Positions 12,546 to 24,732 of a DNA stretch of 64,000 nucleotides are shown piece by piece. A model generated the notes under the pieces. It worked only from the letters and a program-made list of their open reading frames with translations. It was not told the origin of the DNA and made no database searches. A program made the translations under genes and the position numbers. How positions within the stretch are numbered: position 1 is the first letter of the stretch; each line of letters starts with the position of its first letter. Source of the stretch: Pseudogymnoascus verrucosus (Eukaryota); assembly GCA_001662655.1 (NCBI GenBank), contig KV460283.1; one strand, given 5' to 3'.

Positions 12546-13460
12546 ATGCCATATCCAGATATGTTGCAAGTGCCTCAGCCTTGCTGGACATGCACATCCT
12601 GCCGGGCGCCACGACGGACCAATAGAAACCAGAGCCTCACTAGCTTCACGGCCATCTTTACTGATGACTGGAACCGATCCTTTAACTCTAAGAATCATCG
12701 GCCGCGGCGGCGGAGATTTGCCAGAAGCGGGGAAACGATCTCATGTTTCGCTCCCGTCTTCTGTGAAGACTGGAAAGATGACGAGGATGAAGTTGAAGCA
12801 GCTGCACCTGCTTATGAATATGTCCCTCCTCAGAAATGCCGCCCTTTCATAAGGGACATCGGCTGTAAAAGAAAAAGCGGTGCCGACGACTTCGCGGGTT
12901 CCCTGACCTCAATATGGCGTCCTGATAAAGGACAGTATGAAGAACACTATAACTCGTGGACGGCCACATCTCCCACGCCCCAACAAAACCAATTCGAAGA
13001 GTCCGCGCCGTCATCACGAGCGACTCCGGGATGTCTCACCCCACCATTCATAATACCCGTCAGCGATGAAGAAACTTTCGTGGAAGGACGCGCAAGACCA
13101 GAACATCCATCGCAAAGCCTGCCAAGCTTAGTGCACCCCGGGTTTATCGACATCGCAACTGAAATGGAGAGATGTCCGTATCCGACGTCAGTAGCAGATG
13201 AATCAGGAGACCCTTTTCCTGCGCTCACGGACCCGTTCATCAAGGGCGAAGACATTGTGGTACCCCTAAGAGATGATATACCTGACCAACACTGGTTCCT
13301 GGGGGATGACAGTGGGGCTGGAGACGGGGGGTTCGACCATTGGGACCGATTTATAGAATGGAGTATTAGGGCTCGTGGCCGCCGTGAACGTGAGGACTTT
13401 CAGGATTTGAGTACTTCGCGGGAGATGAGCGTCGAGCATGATTTTGAGGAGTTTATTTAG
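12546..13460 (+). CDS. Hypothetical protein, 304 aa, Pro/acidic-rich with no recognised domain
   Basis: Long ORF with normal (non-RIP) composition, divergent from the BVMO gene. No motif recognised. Confidence 0.45.
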   Translation: MPYPDMLQVPQPCWTCTSCRAPRRTNRNQSLTSFTAIFTDDWNRSFNSKNHRPRRRRFARSGETISCFAPVFCEDWKDDEDEVEAAAPAYEYVPPQKCRPFIRDIGCKRKSGADDFAGSLTSIWRPDKGQYEEHYNSWTATSPTPQQNQFEESAPSSRATPGCLTPPFIIPVSDEETFVEGRARPEHPSQSLPSLVHPGFIDIATEMERCPYPTSVADESGDPFPALTDPFIKGEDIVVPLRDDIPDQHWFLGDDSGAGDGGFDHWDRFIEWSIRARGRREREDFQDLSTSREMSVEHDFEEFI

Positions 13461-13634
13461 TATTAGCTAGTTATCCATCTTCTACAATACACTAGTATCA
13501 AAGGGAAAAGCAGTAGATAGTCCTTTAACTAGGCGAACTTTGCAAAAGACAAATATAAGAGATTTGACACGCTAGATCAGGCCTTAGAGACATAGAATAT
13601 TTAAAAAAAAAGATATCTGTACTTTACAGAGATA

Positions 13635-15458
13635 ACGTAATTCACAAGCGAACGGATCACTAAAACACCAAAATTGACTATTACTGCCTACTACTACACT
13701 ACCACCCTACATAATAACCCTTATTTGATCGCAATTGATTCCTAGCGCCTCTCGCACGTACGAGCATTATGCCCCATATTACCACATGTGCCACATCGTC
13801 GCTGTCGGCCTATAGAACCCCCCTGCCGAGTAGTCTTACTTGCCACCTCCGTACGGACTTAAGCATTAACCTTAGCACTCTAAAGTATATCCTCTCCCTC
13901 TTATATAGAGAGGCTTCCCCCTTACATTATACACCTCTTACGCTTCCTTTACCTCCTCTTTTTCTGTTCATTTGCTGCCTATAGAGCCTTAACTTCTACC
14001 TTAAGTAGAATAGTAGAATGCATTATCATTTCCGCCCCTTTAACAAGGTAGCTAACAGCATTATTAATTAAGGTAGGAGAGCTGTTCTAATGTTGTATAA
14101 TGTAGTTCTTAATGTGCTCTATTTGAAAGTTAAGCTCCTATATAGTTTAAAGAGTCTTTAAAGTCTAATTGCTACTCTTAACTATAGAAGGAGTTAGAGT
14201 CCTTAAGCGTAGATTTAAGTAAGAGAGGACATTCTAGAGCTTGTATAGAACTAGTCCTATAGCTTAGAATCTGCTCTTAATGTTCTGCTCTATAAATGTA
14301 GCTTTAAATGCTTCTTTAAATGTAGAGAGGAACTTAAGCTTTATAATGTAGTTTAGCTAGTTCTATATAAAGGTTTTAATCTACTTTCTATATAAAAGCT
14401 TTAGTAGCGTAAAGCAGCTTACATTAAGAGGCTAAAGAATGTGTAATGAGTATAGTAGTATATAAAGGGTAATTATCTTCTACTTTATATAGTAGTGTTA
14501 AAATTAAGTAGAGAGGTAGCTCTTATGTCTGTTAAGAATAAGAAGGTAATAGGTTCTAATTATACAAGCATTTATATGCTAATTAAAGTGTTAAATCTAC
14601 TTATACCTAATTAAATTTAACGTCTACCTATTCTTACTTAGTGTAATTACCTAATCGTCTAGCAATCCTATGTCCTTATACTATGTAGAGAGGTAATTCT
14701 ATGCTTTAAAAATAATAAATAGTAGGAGTGCCCATCTATACAAATTAACACCTTAGATAATTAACACCTACTCTCTATTCCCTAGCTATATAGTCTTTAG
14801 ACAGCTCTTTGCTTCTAAGCTTATAACTACCTTTATAGTAGCAATAACTCCTATTGCAAAACCTACTTCATTAAAGTTGTAGATATCCTACTCTAAGATT
14901 CTATATTTTACAACTATGTTTTGTACGAGGGAGAACTACCCTTTAATTATCTTAGGATCTTCGCATTTTACTCGTTTATAATCGTACTTCTAACTGAACT
15001 TTACTTTGATTTCTATACGACGCTTAATGAAGTTAGTAGTCTAGTTTATCCTAATAGGGCTCTTGCCTCGTTTAGAGAGCAGAAGGTCTGCCATTTCTTG
15101 TACACCTTACAGCTAGGGCGGAAATCCACGTAAATCTAGGTTGAGGATATACTAAACGAGAGCTGACTCTTCGTATAGAGTTAATTTTCGAGAGTTAGGA
15201 GTAGAATCGCGTCGGGAAGCTACTCTATTCAACCGTCTATAGAGAGTTGTATATAGGACATCGTACGACATTGCGCTTGCTCGAATACTTTGAATATGTC
15301 CTTCTTTAATTGATTGAATAGCTAGAAGTATTCTCCCCTCTTGATTAGAGGTTTTAGCTTGAGTTGGTGTTGCTATAAGTTGAATTCTGTTAAGTTGACG
15401 CGTTTTGGTGTTTTGGTGATCCGTTCGCTTGTGTGATCCGTTCGCTTGTGAATTACGT
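13635..15458 (-). mobile_element. Full-length Fot1/pogo-like DNA transposon inserted inside the gene island, RIP-inactivated
   Basis: TIRs ACGTAATTCACAAGCGAACGGATCAC, TA on both sides, 1824 bp. The transposase remnant ends in a CCHC knuckle (RRCGTCGNMGHNARTC). Confidence 0.93.
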
Positions 15459-15682
15459 TATAGTCTCGTTCGAGGCACGTTCTTTTTTGTGATTTTGGCT
15501 GGCCATATACTGCGCTACATGTTATGAGCGCTTTAACAGTCTCCTACGTTAGCTATAAAAAATGGTAACTAGTTAAGTACGTGATTTATATTGCTACAAG
15601 TCTATGAACAAGCACCGAAAACCTCCCCAGTGACTATCGACACTATGATGTCTTAACAACATCGGCCTACTGATTTGCACGT

Positions 15683-17464
15683 TTACAACCTTGCAAGAAT
15701 TGCCTCGGACTCCGCAAGCGCCATCGCTTTCAGATCCTTTCTTAAGATCTTTCCACTCGAATTCTTTGGAATCTGCTCTACCAATCGAATCCCACCTCTC
15801 AGCTTCTTGTGGTTAGCTACACGACTGCTAAACCACCTCTGTAACTCTTGTATATCCAGCGGCTTCAATGGATTTTCTGTGACGACGTACGCTCGTGGAA
15901 CTTCGGTGGCTAGCTCTTTGTTGTAGATACCTATCACGGCGCAATCGACTACGCCTGGGAAGTCAACTAGGTAACCTTCGAGCTCCGCAGGCGGCACTTG
16001 GAACCCCTTGTACTTAATGAGTTCTTTAACTCGGTCGGTGATGAAGAGATTACCCCGTTCATTGATGTAGCCTACGTCTCCTGTGCGGAACCATCCGTCA
16101 GAGGAAAGGCATTCGGCTGTGGCTTTAGGATTACCGTGGTAGCCTTCGAATACGTTTGGGCCCTTCACGTGCAGTTCTCCTGTCTCACCTAGTCCGAGCT
16201 CCCGAGGTATGGCTGCCGCAGCGTCCCCGCTTGAATTGTCGAAGGGCTCGCATATTTTGACCATCAAATTGGGCAGTAGGGCGCCACAAGTGCCAATGTC
16301 AACATCCCAAGAATCCCATGCACCCTGGTATAAACAAGGACTGGTCTCAGATAATCCGTAGCCCTGCTTGATACGGATACCTAGCCTCTTATAGACCTGT
16401 TCAATAAGCTCGCGGGTTAGGGGAGCGGCGCCTGATTGGGTCATGCGTAGACTGGAGAGGTCGTACGATGAGACAGTAGGATGCTTAGCTAGGTACAAAA
16501 CAATGGGAGGCACTACATAAGAGTAAGTGATCTTGTGTTTTTGTACCAACTGGCACCATGTGTCAACATCGAATCGAGACAACACAATAGTAGTAACACC
16601 CGAGTAGAGGGGACTAAGGGCGAGAACGTTCAGCCCGTAGATGTGGAAAAACGGGAGACATGCCAGGATCTTGTCGCCTCCCGTCCTTGGTTCTGGCAGC
16701 GGAATGTCCCTAGTAGTTTGGCTTCCATCCCAGGTCAGATTGAACCTTTCCGCTACCTGCAGCTGGAGGACGTTGGAAGTAATATTGTAATGGGAGAGTT
16801 TGACACCTTTCGGTTTGCCAGTGGTTCCCGACGAATAGACGAGAAAGGCAGCGTCGTTCTTGGGATCCAACTTCTGCGCTGCAAACCGCGTTGCCTTGCC
16901 AAGATCGCAGACACTCGTCCAATGTTTGAAGCGCCCCGTCGAGTCTTTCTTGTCTCCTAGGATGATAATGTGGTCGTCTGCAATGCCTACGGTACCACAA
17001 GCTTCCTTGACTGTCTCGATGTTGGAATAGTGCGTGACGACACATTTGGCGCCGCTATCTTGAAGCTGGTGAGAAATCTCTCTGACAGTGTACCCTGGGT
17101 TTGCAGTCGAGACTGTTCCTCCAGCCCAAAGAGTCCCAAAGATTATAGGAGGCATGTCGATGTCGCTTAACGAGGAGATCGCTAGCACATCTCCCTTCTG
17201 CCAATCATATTGAGACCTCAATCCCTTTCCGAAATCTTCGGCAAACTGCTGCACATCGCCAAAGGTATACGTCTTATCGGTGAGACCGTCGCGAAAGATT
17301 GCTGCGCGCCATATAAGTCAGTGTCAAGCTCAACACGGTGTTTCCTGGGGAGAGATAAACCTACGGTGACTATCTGGAAACTTCCGGTTTGTACGCTTGA
17401 ACAAGAAAGTGAAGATATCAACGCTCGGAAGGTCTAGATCAGAATGGCGACTTTTGGTAACCAT
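15683..17464 (-). CDS. AMP-dependent acyl-CoA ligase (4-coumarate/phenylacetate-CoA-ligase-like) with PTS1-type C-terminus; exons 17464-17365, 17301-15683; 572 aa
   Basis: YSSGTTGKPKG, QGYGLSET, GWFRTGD, DRVKELIKYKGFQVPPAELE and SGKILR motifs. The protein ends in -ARL. Confidence 0.93.
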
Positions 17465-17702
17465 TGCAGCTTCAATGCAGAGTGTTTGTGTGATCTGGGG
17501 TTTCAATGGGTACAGAACTGTTATGTGTTGAAGGTGACAAAGAGTAAAAGAGATGTACGTGAAATCGATCGAATGTTATATTCTAGAGAAAATGCCCCGT
17601 CAAGAAGTAAATAAGTCTTCCAAATATTAAATCCACACGGTTCTTCATGGCTAGTTTGGGACACATTAACCATGCAGCTTACAGTCGGCTATATGGTGGA
17701 TT

Positions 17703-17750
17703 CCCCAATCCCCAATCCCCAATCCCCATCTTCCCGCGCTCCCCGCAATA
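17703..17750. promoter_or_regulatory. (CCCCAAT)n tandem plus TCCCCGCA CreA/Mig1-type site upstream of the CoA ligase
   Basis: CCCCAAT occurs three times, and CCCCGC (reverse complement GCGGGG, fits SYGGRG) lies at 17741-17746. Confidence 0.45.
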
Positions 17751-18575
17751 AGCGGACGGCTATTGGTAACTTATGACAGCAAAGTTCCGACGTTGGGGGC
17801 TCTGACCGGGTCGCCGAAAGGCCCCAGATGAGACTCAATGCACTGTAGCTGCTCACTATAGGCGCTGACGGAACAGTATTGGATTATATTAATCGCTTAC
17901 TAAATAGGTCACGCATCAGTAACGCTTGGCTGGCCGGCTCCTGGGCGCAATGCAATGGGCCCTGACCCTACGCGGCTCCAGAGCTCTCCCCGAAGCTCAG
18001 GCGGCCTCGGCGATACCAGCCTGCAGAAGATGCTTAAATTACGGATGCGACATGTGGAGTTCGCTAACTCTCGGTGCTGTAAATTGAAATCCTTGGGGAT
18101 CTTTTGCGTGTCTGTGTGCTAGCCATGCATTTAGGCCACTTAAGATCCCATAGTCCCTACCAGAGCAACTCGCACACCCTCCGTAGCCTCCCTAGAGCTA
18201 TCTTCCGCAAATACTACGGGAGCAGCCCGTGCCATCGAGGCCCTGCCGGCGGACCGCCTCCACGAGCCGCAACTGGTATGACCGGTCCCCATCACGGTGT
18301 AAACATACGATGCCCCACGATATCCTTCAACGAAGAAACGATAGTCGGTCGCTATGTAGATTGCAGGAACTAAACACGGAGGACGGCCTAAGGATGACCC
18401 GAGGATTATCTGAGGACTGTAATCGTGCGCCATTAAGTTGGGGTATGACGCTGGGTTAACGATCTGGCGTAGCTTTATTTCTAGAGGATGCCGCACCTCC
18501 AAATCCACCGAAAGTCACCCGGGTCCCGGGTCACAATTCATTATGCCATACCGGTCCCATTCAAGCCGAACTGCC

Positions 18576-20789
18576 CTACATCGGCATGAACGAAGAGTCT
18601 CCTAGGGGCATGGGCAGGAATTTAGACATCAGAAAGAACTCGTTGGGCATCGAAGCCATGCCTTGATAGGTTGGCGAGTCAAAATCAATAGAGTGCAGGA
18701 TGTCGTCTTCCGGCATCATATTTGGAACGTAATCATCGCCCGAAACAGGCATCGTGTCTAGCCCCTGAGAGGTATTGTCCACCGTAGGTTTATTCCAGGC
18801 TATTTGCGCAGTTGTATCCGTATTGTTGACGCTGCTAGACAGCAAGAAATCAAATATTCTCATCACCCAATTTGCTGGATCCCATCTCTCGCTTGCTTCA
18901 CTAATCACCATTTGACAGTTATCTAGCGCCGACCTGGGCAGACCAGCCAAAAAGTCTTGCGGTTGCTTGATCCCCTGGTAGAAAACGATGCCTGCCACAA
19001 AGAAACCCGAGAATATCTCATGGGGCATCACACCAAGCATTGAGTTGGCAATGATTGTGATAGCCGTTGATGAGATCATTTGCGCTGCCGATTCAACAAT
19101 CTGAAACGATGAAGTGAAGCCGTTCGACAAGCCTGTAGTGGCATGAGCGGCTGTCGCTTCCGCTTCGCCTGGTTTATCGAGATGGATGAGGATAAGTTGT
19201 AGGTGGAAAATTATTTTTAAGCTTATAGAAAGGATATCAGTCGTCCGCCCCTGCTGCCGCCACCAGCTCAGAGACGGCGGCAGCTCGGATTGCCACATGT
19301 CCATTGTGTTTTGGAGATGAGCTGTCTGGTTGGTATTCTTCCCTAGACCAAATCGCGCTATGATGATGCTCCGAAGAATGAGTGAGAGCTTCGAGACTTG
19401 GATTTGATAGTGGCCATGTGACTGGCACTTTGTATGGTCTTGTCTCGGGCATAGTTCATCATGGTCGAAATCGTCTAGGGTCAGCGGTTCCGTGTCGCAC
19501 TGAGCTATGTTGAGCCGGCAAGGACGACCTAACAACGCCGCACAATACGCATCCCGGACGGCAAGAACCCAAAACAACCGTTTTAGCAAGCTCCTCCGCT
19601 TCGCATCCATGTCGGTAGACGTGTTTATCCTATGAATCCCTAGAGATTCTGCAATGGTAACACCAAAGCCAATCCAGGAACATGGATTCCAATAACTCTT
19701 CATCTGTGGGCCCCAGAACGAGAGCATAATAACAGTTTGAAGTAGTACAATCTTGTTCGTTTCGTAGCCAATATCAAATAATAATTTTGCCTTATCGTAG
19801 AAGTGACGTCGTGCATGCAAACGCCCTTTGAAGCCACCTCGGTGGATCACGCTCAAGTCACAGAACGTAGCTCCAATAAAACAAACTGCGTGGAGCAAAC
19901 TCCAAGGCGGGGTTCCTGCCTTAAACGACTCTTTGAATCCGCCAAGATCAACGATAGAGTATGAGGGATAGAATCTCTCTACGAAAGCTGTAACCATTGC
20001 ATCCCTGACCTCGCTCGTCGGACGTTGAAAGACACCTTTCACTTTAAGATAGCCTATATCCTGCGGTGACAGATGTGACGGATGGGCGTCATCCTCGATT
20101 GTCCCTATGTCATCGCCCTTGGGAAAATGCGAGCCAGCATCATGTAAAGCTGCCTTGTGGTTGCTACGTTGGGCCCCCTCTAGCGCAAAGGTCAGAGGAG
20201 ATGCCCCGCTCATAAAAATGATGCCACACTTGGTAGAGTCCTCGGGATTCTGGCCTTGCTGTTCCATAAACCTTTCGAACATCGATGTGAGTGAGTCTCG
20301 ATGTTGCTGTAGTATTGTTGGCGTCGCAAAGCTCTGACTTTCAAATGTGTTCATCACGTTGTCCGGTTTGTCAAATTCCATCGTTTCCGAATCGGTTGGT
20401 TGAGTTGAATCTTGGCATGTTGCGTTGGAGAACTCTGATGGATAGGTCACGGGATTCGGCTGGGCCGACTCCACCGATGATATGCTCCTACGTGTCGAGT
20501 GTGCATCGTCGGAAGATGGGTAGCGTGTGTTGCTCGACTGCGCATCGATTTTCACACTCGTGGTCCTCTCGTAGGGACTCGTGAGGCGAGTCTGCCTTCT
20601 TGCGTATGTTCCTCGTTTCGATGAAACCAGAACGCAGTTGGGAGACTTGTCTACGCGACAACGGCTACAGGGAAGTCCGACCTCTGTCGCATCGCATCGC
20701 ACCTTTCGCAGACTACATGTCTGGCAAGCCCGCGATGCGCGTAACCGGACAGGGCCATTTTGGCCTTCGTCTGGCATCTTCGCATCCAA
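18576..20789 (-). CDS. Zn(II)2Cys6 transcription factor with fungal-specific TF domain (CTF1-beta/FarB-like), 737 aa
   Basis: ACQTCSLRKVRCDATEVGLPCSRCRVDKSPNC cluster. Middle homology region KAKLLFDIGYETNKIVLLQ...GIHR...KRLFWVL. Confidence 0.92.
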   Translation of the reverse strand: MDAKMPDEGQNGPVRLRASRACQTCSLRKVRCDATEVGLPCSRCRVDKSPNCVLVSSKRGTYARRQTRLTSPYERTTSVKIDAQSSNTRYPSSDDAHSTRRSISSVESAQPNPVTYPSEFSNATCQDSTQPTDSETMEFDKPDNVMNTFESQSFATPTILQQHRDSLTSMFERFMEQQGQNPEDSTKCGIIFMSGASPLTFALEGAQRSNHKAALHDAGSHFPKGDDIGTIEDDAHPSHLSPQDIGYLKVKGVFQRPTSEVRDAMVTAFVERFYPSYSIVDLGGFKESFKAGTPPWSLLHAVCFIGATFCDLSVIHRGGFKGRLHARRHFYDKAKLLFDIGYETNKIVLLQTVIMLSFWGPQMKSYWNPCSWIGFGVTIAESLGIHRINTSTDMDAKRRSLLKRLFWVLAVRDAYCAALLGRPCRLNIAQCDTEPLTLDDFDHDELCPRQDHTKCQSHGHYQIQVSKLSLILRSIIIARFGLGKNTNQTAHLQNTMDMWQSELPPSLSWWRQQGRTTDILSISLKIIFHLQLILIHLDKPGEAEATAAHATTGLSNGFTSSFQIVESAAQMISSTAITIIANSMLGVMPHEIFSGFFVAGIVFYQGIKQPQDFLAGLPRSALDNCQMVISEASERWDPANWVMRIFDFLLSSSVNNTDTTAQIAWNKPTVDNTSQGLDTMPVSGDDYVPNMMPEDDILHSIDFDSPTYQGMASMPNEFFLMSKFLPMPLGDSSFMPM

Positions 20790-21757
20790 GGGTCCACAAG
20801 TGCCGCGATAGGGAGACTTTGTATCGCGTGCGTGGCTAAAATTGAAAAATTTCGATCGTGAGCGCGGCTGATGCGAGAAGTTACTCTCCCGCGAAAGAAA
20901 TAGAAAACGAGCACTGTTATATTATGTATGAGCGTAGGACGGTGTCTGCTCTTGTTTACCCCGGTAAGGATGGATCTCGGGTTGAACAGGGCAGTATACA
21001 GTCACGTTATCGGTAGTTATGTCGAATGTAATGTCTGTATTACAAAGATAAGGTCTGTATTACAAAGTCTAAACGCTGACTTGGGTGAAGGTCCGCGTTC
21101 CTACTATGTACTTGACCCAGTTTGTGACAACCCCACACCTAGGTATATCTCCGCTTTGTTGGAGATTCGGGGAGGGCTTGGGATTGCCAAGGAATATGCC
21201 CTGTTTAGGGAGTTTCCCTAGGGTATCCCATTGGCCACAGCTCGTGTGGCGGCTGTTGCTAAGCCAACACGTAAAACCGGTTAAGACTCCGCATTTTGGC
21301 CACTCCCCCCGAATCACCAACTACGAAGTACGTAGACCATTTAGAGAGTGTGGATCTCCGTATTCCGGAACTCTCTTTCCCCCCAACAACCTTCGTACCA
21401 TTACTTGTCGACAGTTGAAAGTAATGAGTACTATGTAGGAGCAACGCCGAACGATAGACCGAATTTACTGCGATCTCTAGCCAAAACAGTTCCAAGACGC
21501 AGCGAATTGATCTACGATATATAATATACAGCGTGACCGTCCACCATAGAACCAAAATAATGAACGTTTCGCAGTTAAGATCAGCAGTGTCCCAGAGGAC
21601 TTGGCCGCGAGTCAGCGACTTCGTGTTTACCAGTCAAGGGTATTCTTTTATGTATAGTATGGTGGTTCTTCGTATTTGTTGTGGTATGGAGGAGAATCTA
21701 CTCAAGCTAGCTCTCCAAAAAAAGATCCAACAGTTTTATCCACTACCACCAACAATA

Positions 21758-22411
21758 TCACTGCTTGTCATCAAGCTTCCGTACTCCTCTGCCCCAAACG
21801 AACCATGCATCTTTCTTTAGTTCCTCGAGTTTCAATACCGGAATCTGGATCCCGTGAAGGTCGTCACACTTCACGTACTCGCTCTCCTCCTTCAGCACGT
21901 TCGTTTGTGCAGTGGGGAAGAATGCCGTCGGCTCTTCATACTCAAAGACCGCTGTGAACTTTCCCTCGGAGACAATCTTCTCGTCCTTGGAGACTCCGAC
22001 TTCCTGCAGGTCTAGGCCGGGCGGGCAGGCTGTCCATGTGTGAGGCACGCCAGGACCTATGAGAACCATTGTGTTCGGTGGAATAACATATATTTCACCA
22101 CTAAGCTCTGCAAGTGCGACGCCGTTCAGGACCAAGATCTTCTCCACAATGTACCGCTTGCCATCCCCAGACGACTTGGGGGACATATGGACATGTCGAG
22201 GCATCCTAAGTTTGACGTCGAACTCGAAGACGCCGTGGGGGCCACAAAACGTTGGAGTTGTGGAATCGGCGTTGTGGCCAGGACTGTAAATCTGAAGCTG
22301 GCCTGGGATGTTCAAATCTGGAGGATACGCGTCCTTCACCATGACGCCTTCGCCGTGGATGACTTTCGTTCCATTGGGTAGGGTGAAGCCATATTCAAAG
22401 GATGATGCCAT
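21758..22411 (-). CDS. Cupin-fold protein, 217 aa
   Basis: Motif 1 PRHVH...EKILVLNG and motif 2 IPPNTMVLIGPGVPHTW give a His/His/Glu/His metal-ligand pattern. Confidence 0.75.
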   Translation of the reverse strand: MASSFEYGFTLPNGTKVIHGEGVMVKDAYPPDLNIPGQLQIYSPGHNADSTTPTFCGPHGVFEFDVKLRMPRHVHMSPKSSGDGKRYIVEKILVLNGVALAELSGEIYVIPPNTMVLIGPGVPHTWTACPPGLDLQEVGVSKDEKIVSEGKFTAVFEYEEPTAFFPTAQTNVLKEESEYVKCDDLHGIQIPVLKLEELKKDAWFVWGRGVRKLDDKQ

Positions 22412-23175
22412 CTCCTTCGTGTCGTGTCACTAATTCGTGCTTGTACGATAGCTTGAGGCGTCGAATTTGTAATATCGATAGAAATTTCAGCGTCACTCCC
22501 TTTGATAAGCGTAGTTGTAGATGATTTTAAGATTTTAAGCGTTCGACATACGGCGATATCAATATACAGTTGCAGTGGGGAGTCGCGATGGTCACGTAGC
22601 TTCGGTTACTTGGAGATCCCAGGTTCCAATAAGTCAGTTTGCAAAGCTCAGCACACTAACACAGCCCTCAGACTCCCCGGTAGATCCTTTTCGCGTGCAC
22701 ACCCCTCAAGAACCCGTTTTTCTCTGGCAGAAGTGCAGATCAAGGATTCAAGCCGGGGAACTAATTATGTTCACTAAGCTAGATGTATCGTCAGCCCAAC
22801 GATTGGTCAAGGGCAATACGGCTCGGCTATATGCCACGATCAATAGTGCGACGTGGGGAAATGCGGTGCTGAGGCGACGTTCCCCAGAATCCCCGCGTTT
22901 TTACCCCATACTCGACTTACTTTAGACTAGCCGTAACTATGATGTAGAAGTAAGCAAGATGGAAATTGATGTTGCTCATTGCCCGAAAAGGAAGCTTGGG
23001 GAGGGGAGTATATGTATTCCATGGCTAAGGATATATAAATCCCCGAACTTCGCAACTGCATTTCCTTTCTTAACCAAAATTTATCACATACTACACTGAA
23101 AATCTCTTTACAAGACCTACTTGATAAGCCTACCCAATTTGTAATATATCTTGACGCCCGTAGCGTCTATCTAGT

Positions 23176-24732
23176 ATGATCAAAGATGACGAAGGACGTG
23201 TTATGCACATGGAGTCGTCAGACGTGGCTATCGACCTTGACCTCAAGACGGATATCGTTGAGTATGACGAGAAGTACAAGAAACGCGTCACCCGGAAAAT
23301 CGACATGCGCTTAGTGCCACTATGTGCCTTTATCTACTTGCTCAACTACCTTGATAGGACCAACATCGGGAATGGAAAAATCCTCAACCAAGAAACCGGT
23401 GACTCCTTTCTGCAGAAAACCAACATGAGCTCTATAGATTATTCCGTGGTATTAACTATCTTTGGTGTCGCCTACACACTGTTCGATGTCCCGGCCAACT
23501 GGATTATGAAGCGATATGTCCGCCCTTCGCACTGGCTTGGCTTTCTTATGTTGTCTTGGGGAATCCTCACACTAGGGTTTGCGTGGTCTAAGAATTTCCA
23601 CACAGTTGTTGTGTTGCGGTTTCTGATTGGGGTCTTCGAAGCTGGCTTCTTTCCGGGTAATTAAAAGCCTGACATCCTCCTAACACGGCATTAATTAACC
23701 TTTATCATGTAGGTATTGTATACCTCATTACCTTTTGGTATACCCAAGAACAACGATCTCTACGCATTGCTCTCGTTCTGGCGTCTGCATCTCTCGCTGG
23801 AGCCTTTGGGGGCTGCATCGGATATGGCGTTGGGTTCATGAACGGTGATGGAGGTCTCGAAGGTTTCCGTTGGCTTTTCATTATTGAAGGTCTCATCACC
23901 ATTCTTTGCGTGCCACTGGTTATAGTGTTCTTGCCAAACTGGCCAGCTGTGGCGAAATGGCTCAGTGATGACGAGAAAAATTGTATTACAATTCAGCTTG
24001 AGGCACAAGCAAGTGGCTTCACCAGAGAGCGTGCAAGCCGACGAGAAGTTCTAGAGACATGTTTTACTCCTCGCATGGTCGCTCACTACTTCGCATACGT
24101 AAGTCCATGCCGTCACTCCACCTACATCTGTCAATGCTAAAGGCTGCAAGTTGACCAACACTATTGTTCTCAACTCGCTTGCATACTTTACCCCCACCAT
24201 CGTCGCACGTCTAGGATACACATCCATCACAGCTCAACTTATGACCGTTCCTCCTTGGGTTATTGGATACGTCGTTTCTCTTGGCCTTGCATATTCTGCG
24301 GACCGTTTCAATGCGCGCGGTATTCACGTTGCATGCGCCACCTTCTTGAGCGGTGTTGGATTTCTTGCCTGTACTTTACTGCCTGCCAATGCCTACCTAA
24401 AGCGTTACGGATGTCTGATTCTCATTGCTTGCGGAGCTTTTCCCAGCGCTTCCCCAATGGTAGGCTGGCTTACGTGCAACGTCCCGAGCCAAAGAACTAT
24501 GGGTCTAGCTGCCGCCATCAACAATGGAACAGTGGGAATTGCGTCGATCATCTCAGTTTGGATTTGGCCAGCGACAGACGCGGCTCGCGGTTTCCCTATA
24601 GGTAACATTGTGTGTTCAACTGCTAGCTTTTTAACCACGGCTATTATGGTGGGGTTGAGATTTCACTATGGTAGGATGAACAAGAACGGCAAACCCGACG
24701 CAAGCGGGGTGCAACGAGTTTGGGCTTATTAG
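23176..24732 (+). CDS. MFS transporter, anion:cation symporter (Dal5/Tna1) family; exons 23176-23656, 23713-24098, 24151-24732; 482 aa
   Basis: RKIDMRLVP, NYLDRTNIGNG, LRFLIGVFEAGFFPG|IVYLITFWY and GFRWLFIIEG motifs. Two introns restore the frame. Confidence 0.93.

Noticed and set aside
18104..18508. Overlapping short ORFs between the CoA ligase and the TF
   Set aside because: No recognisable motifs or splice pattern; the region is probably promoter/terminator DNA.
21033..21067. Short direct repeat GTCTGTATTACAAAG x2 upstream of the TF
   Set aside because: A single local micro-duplication that does not recur in other promoters.
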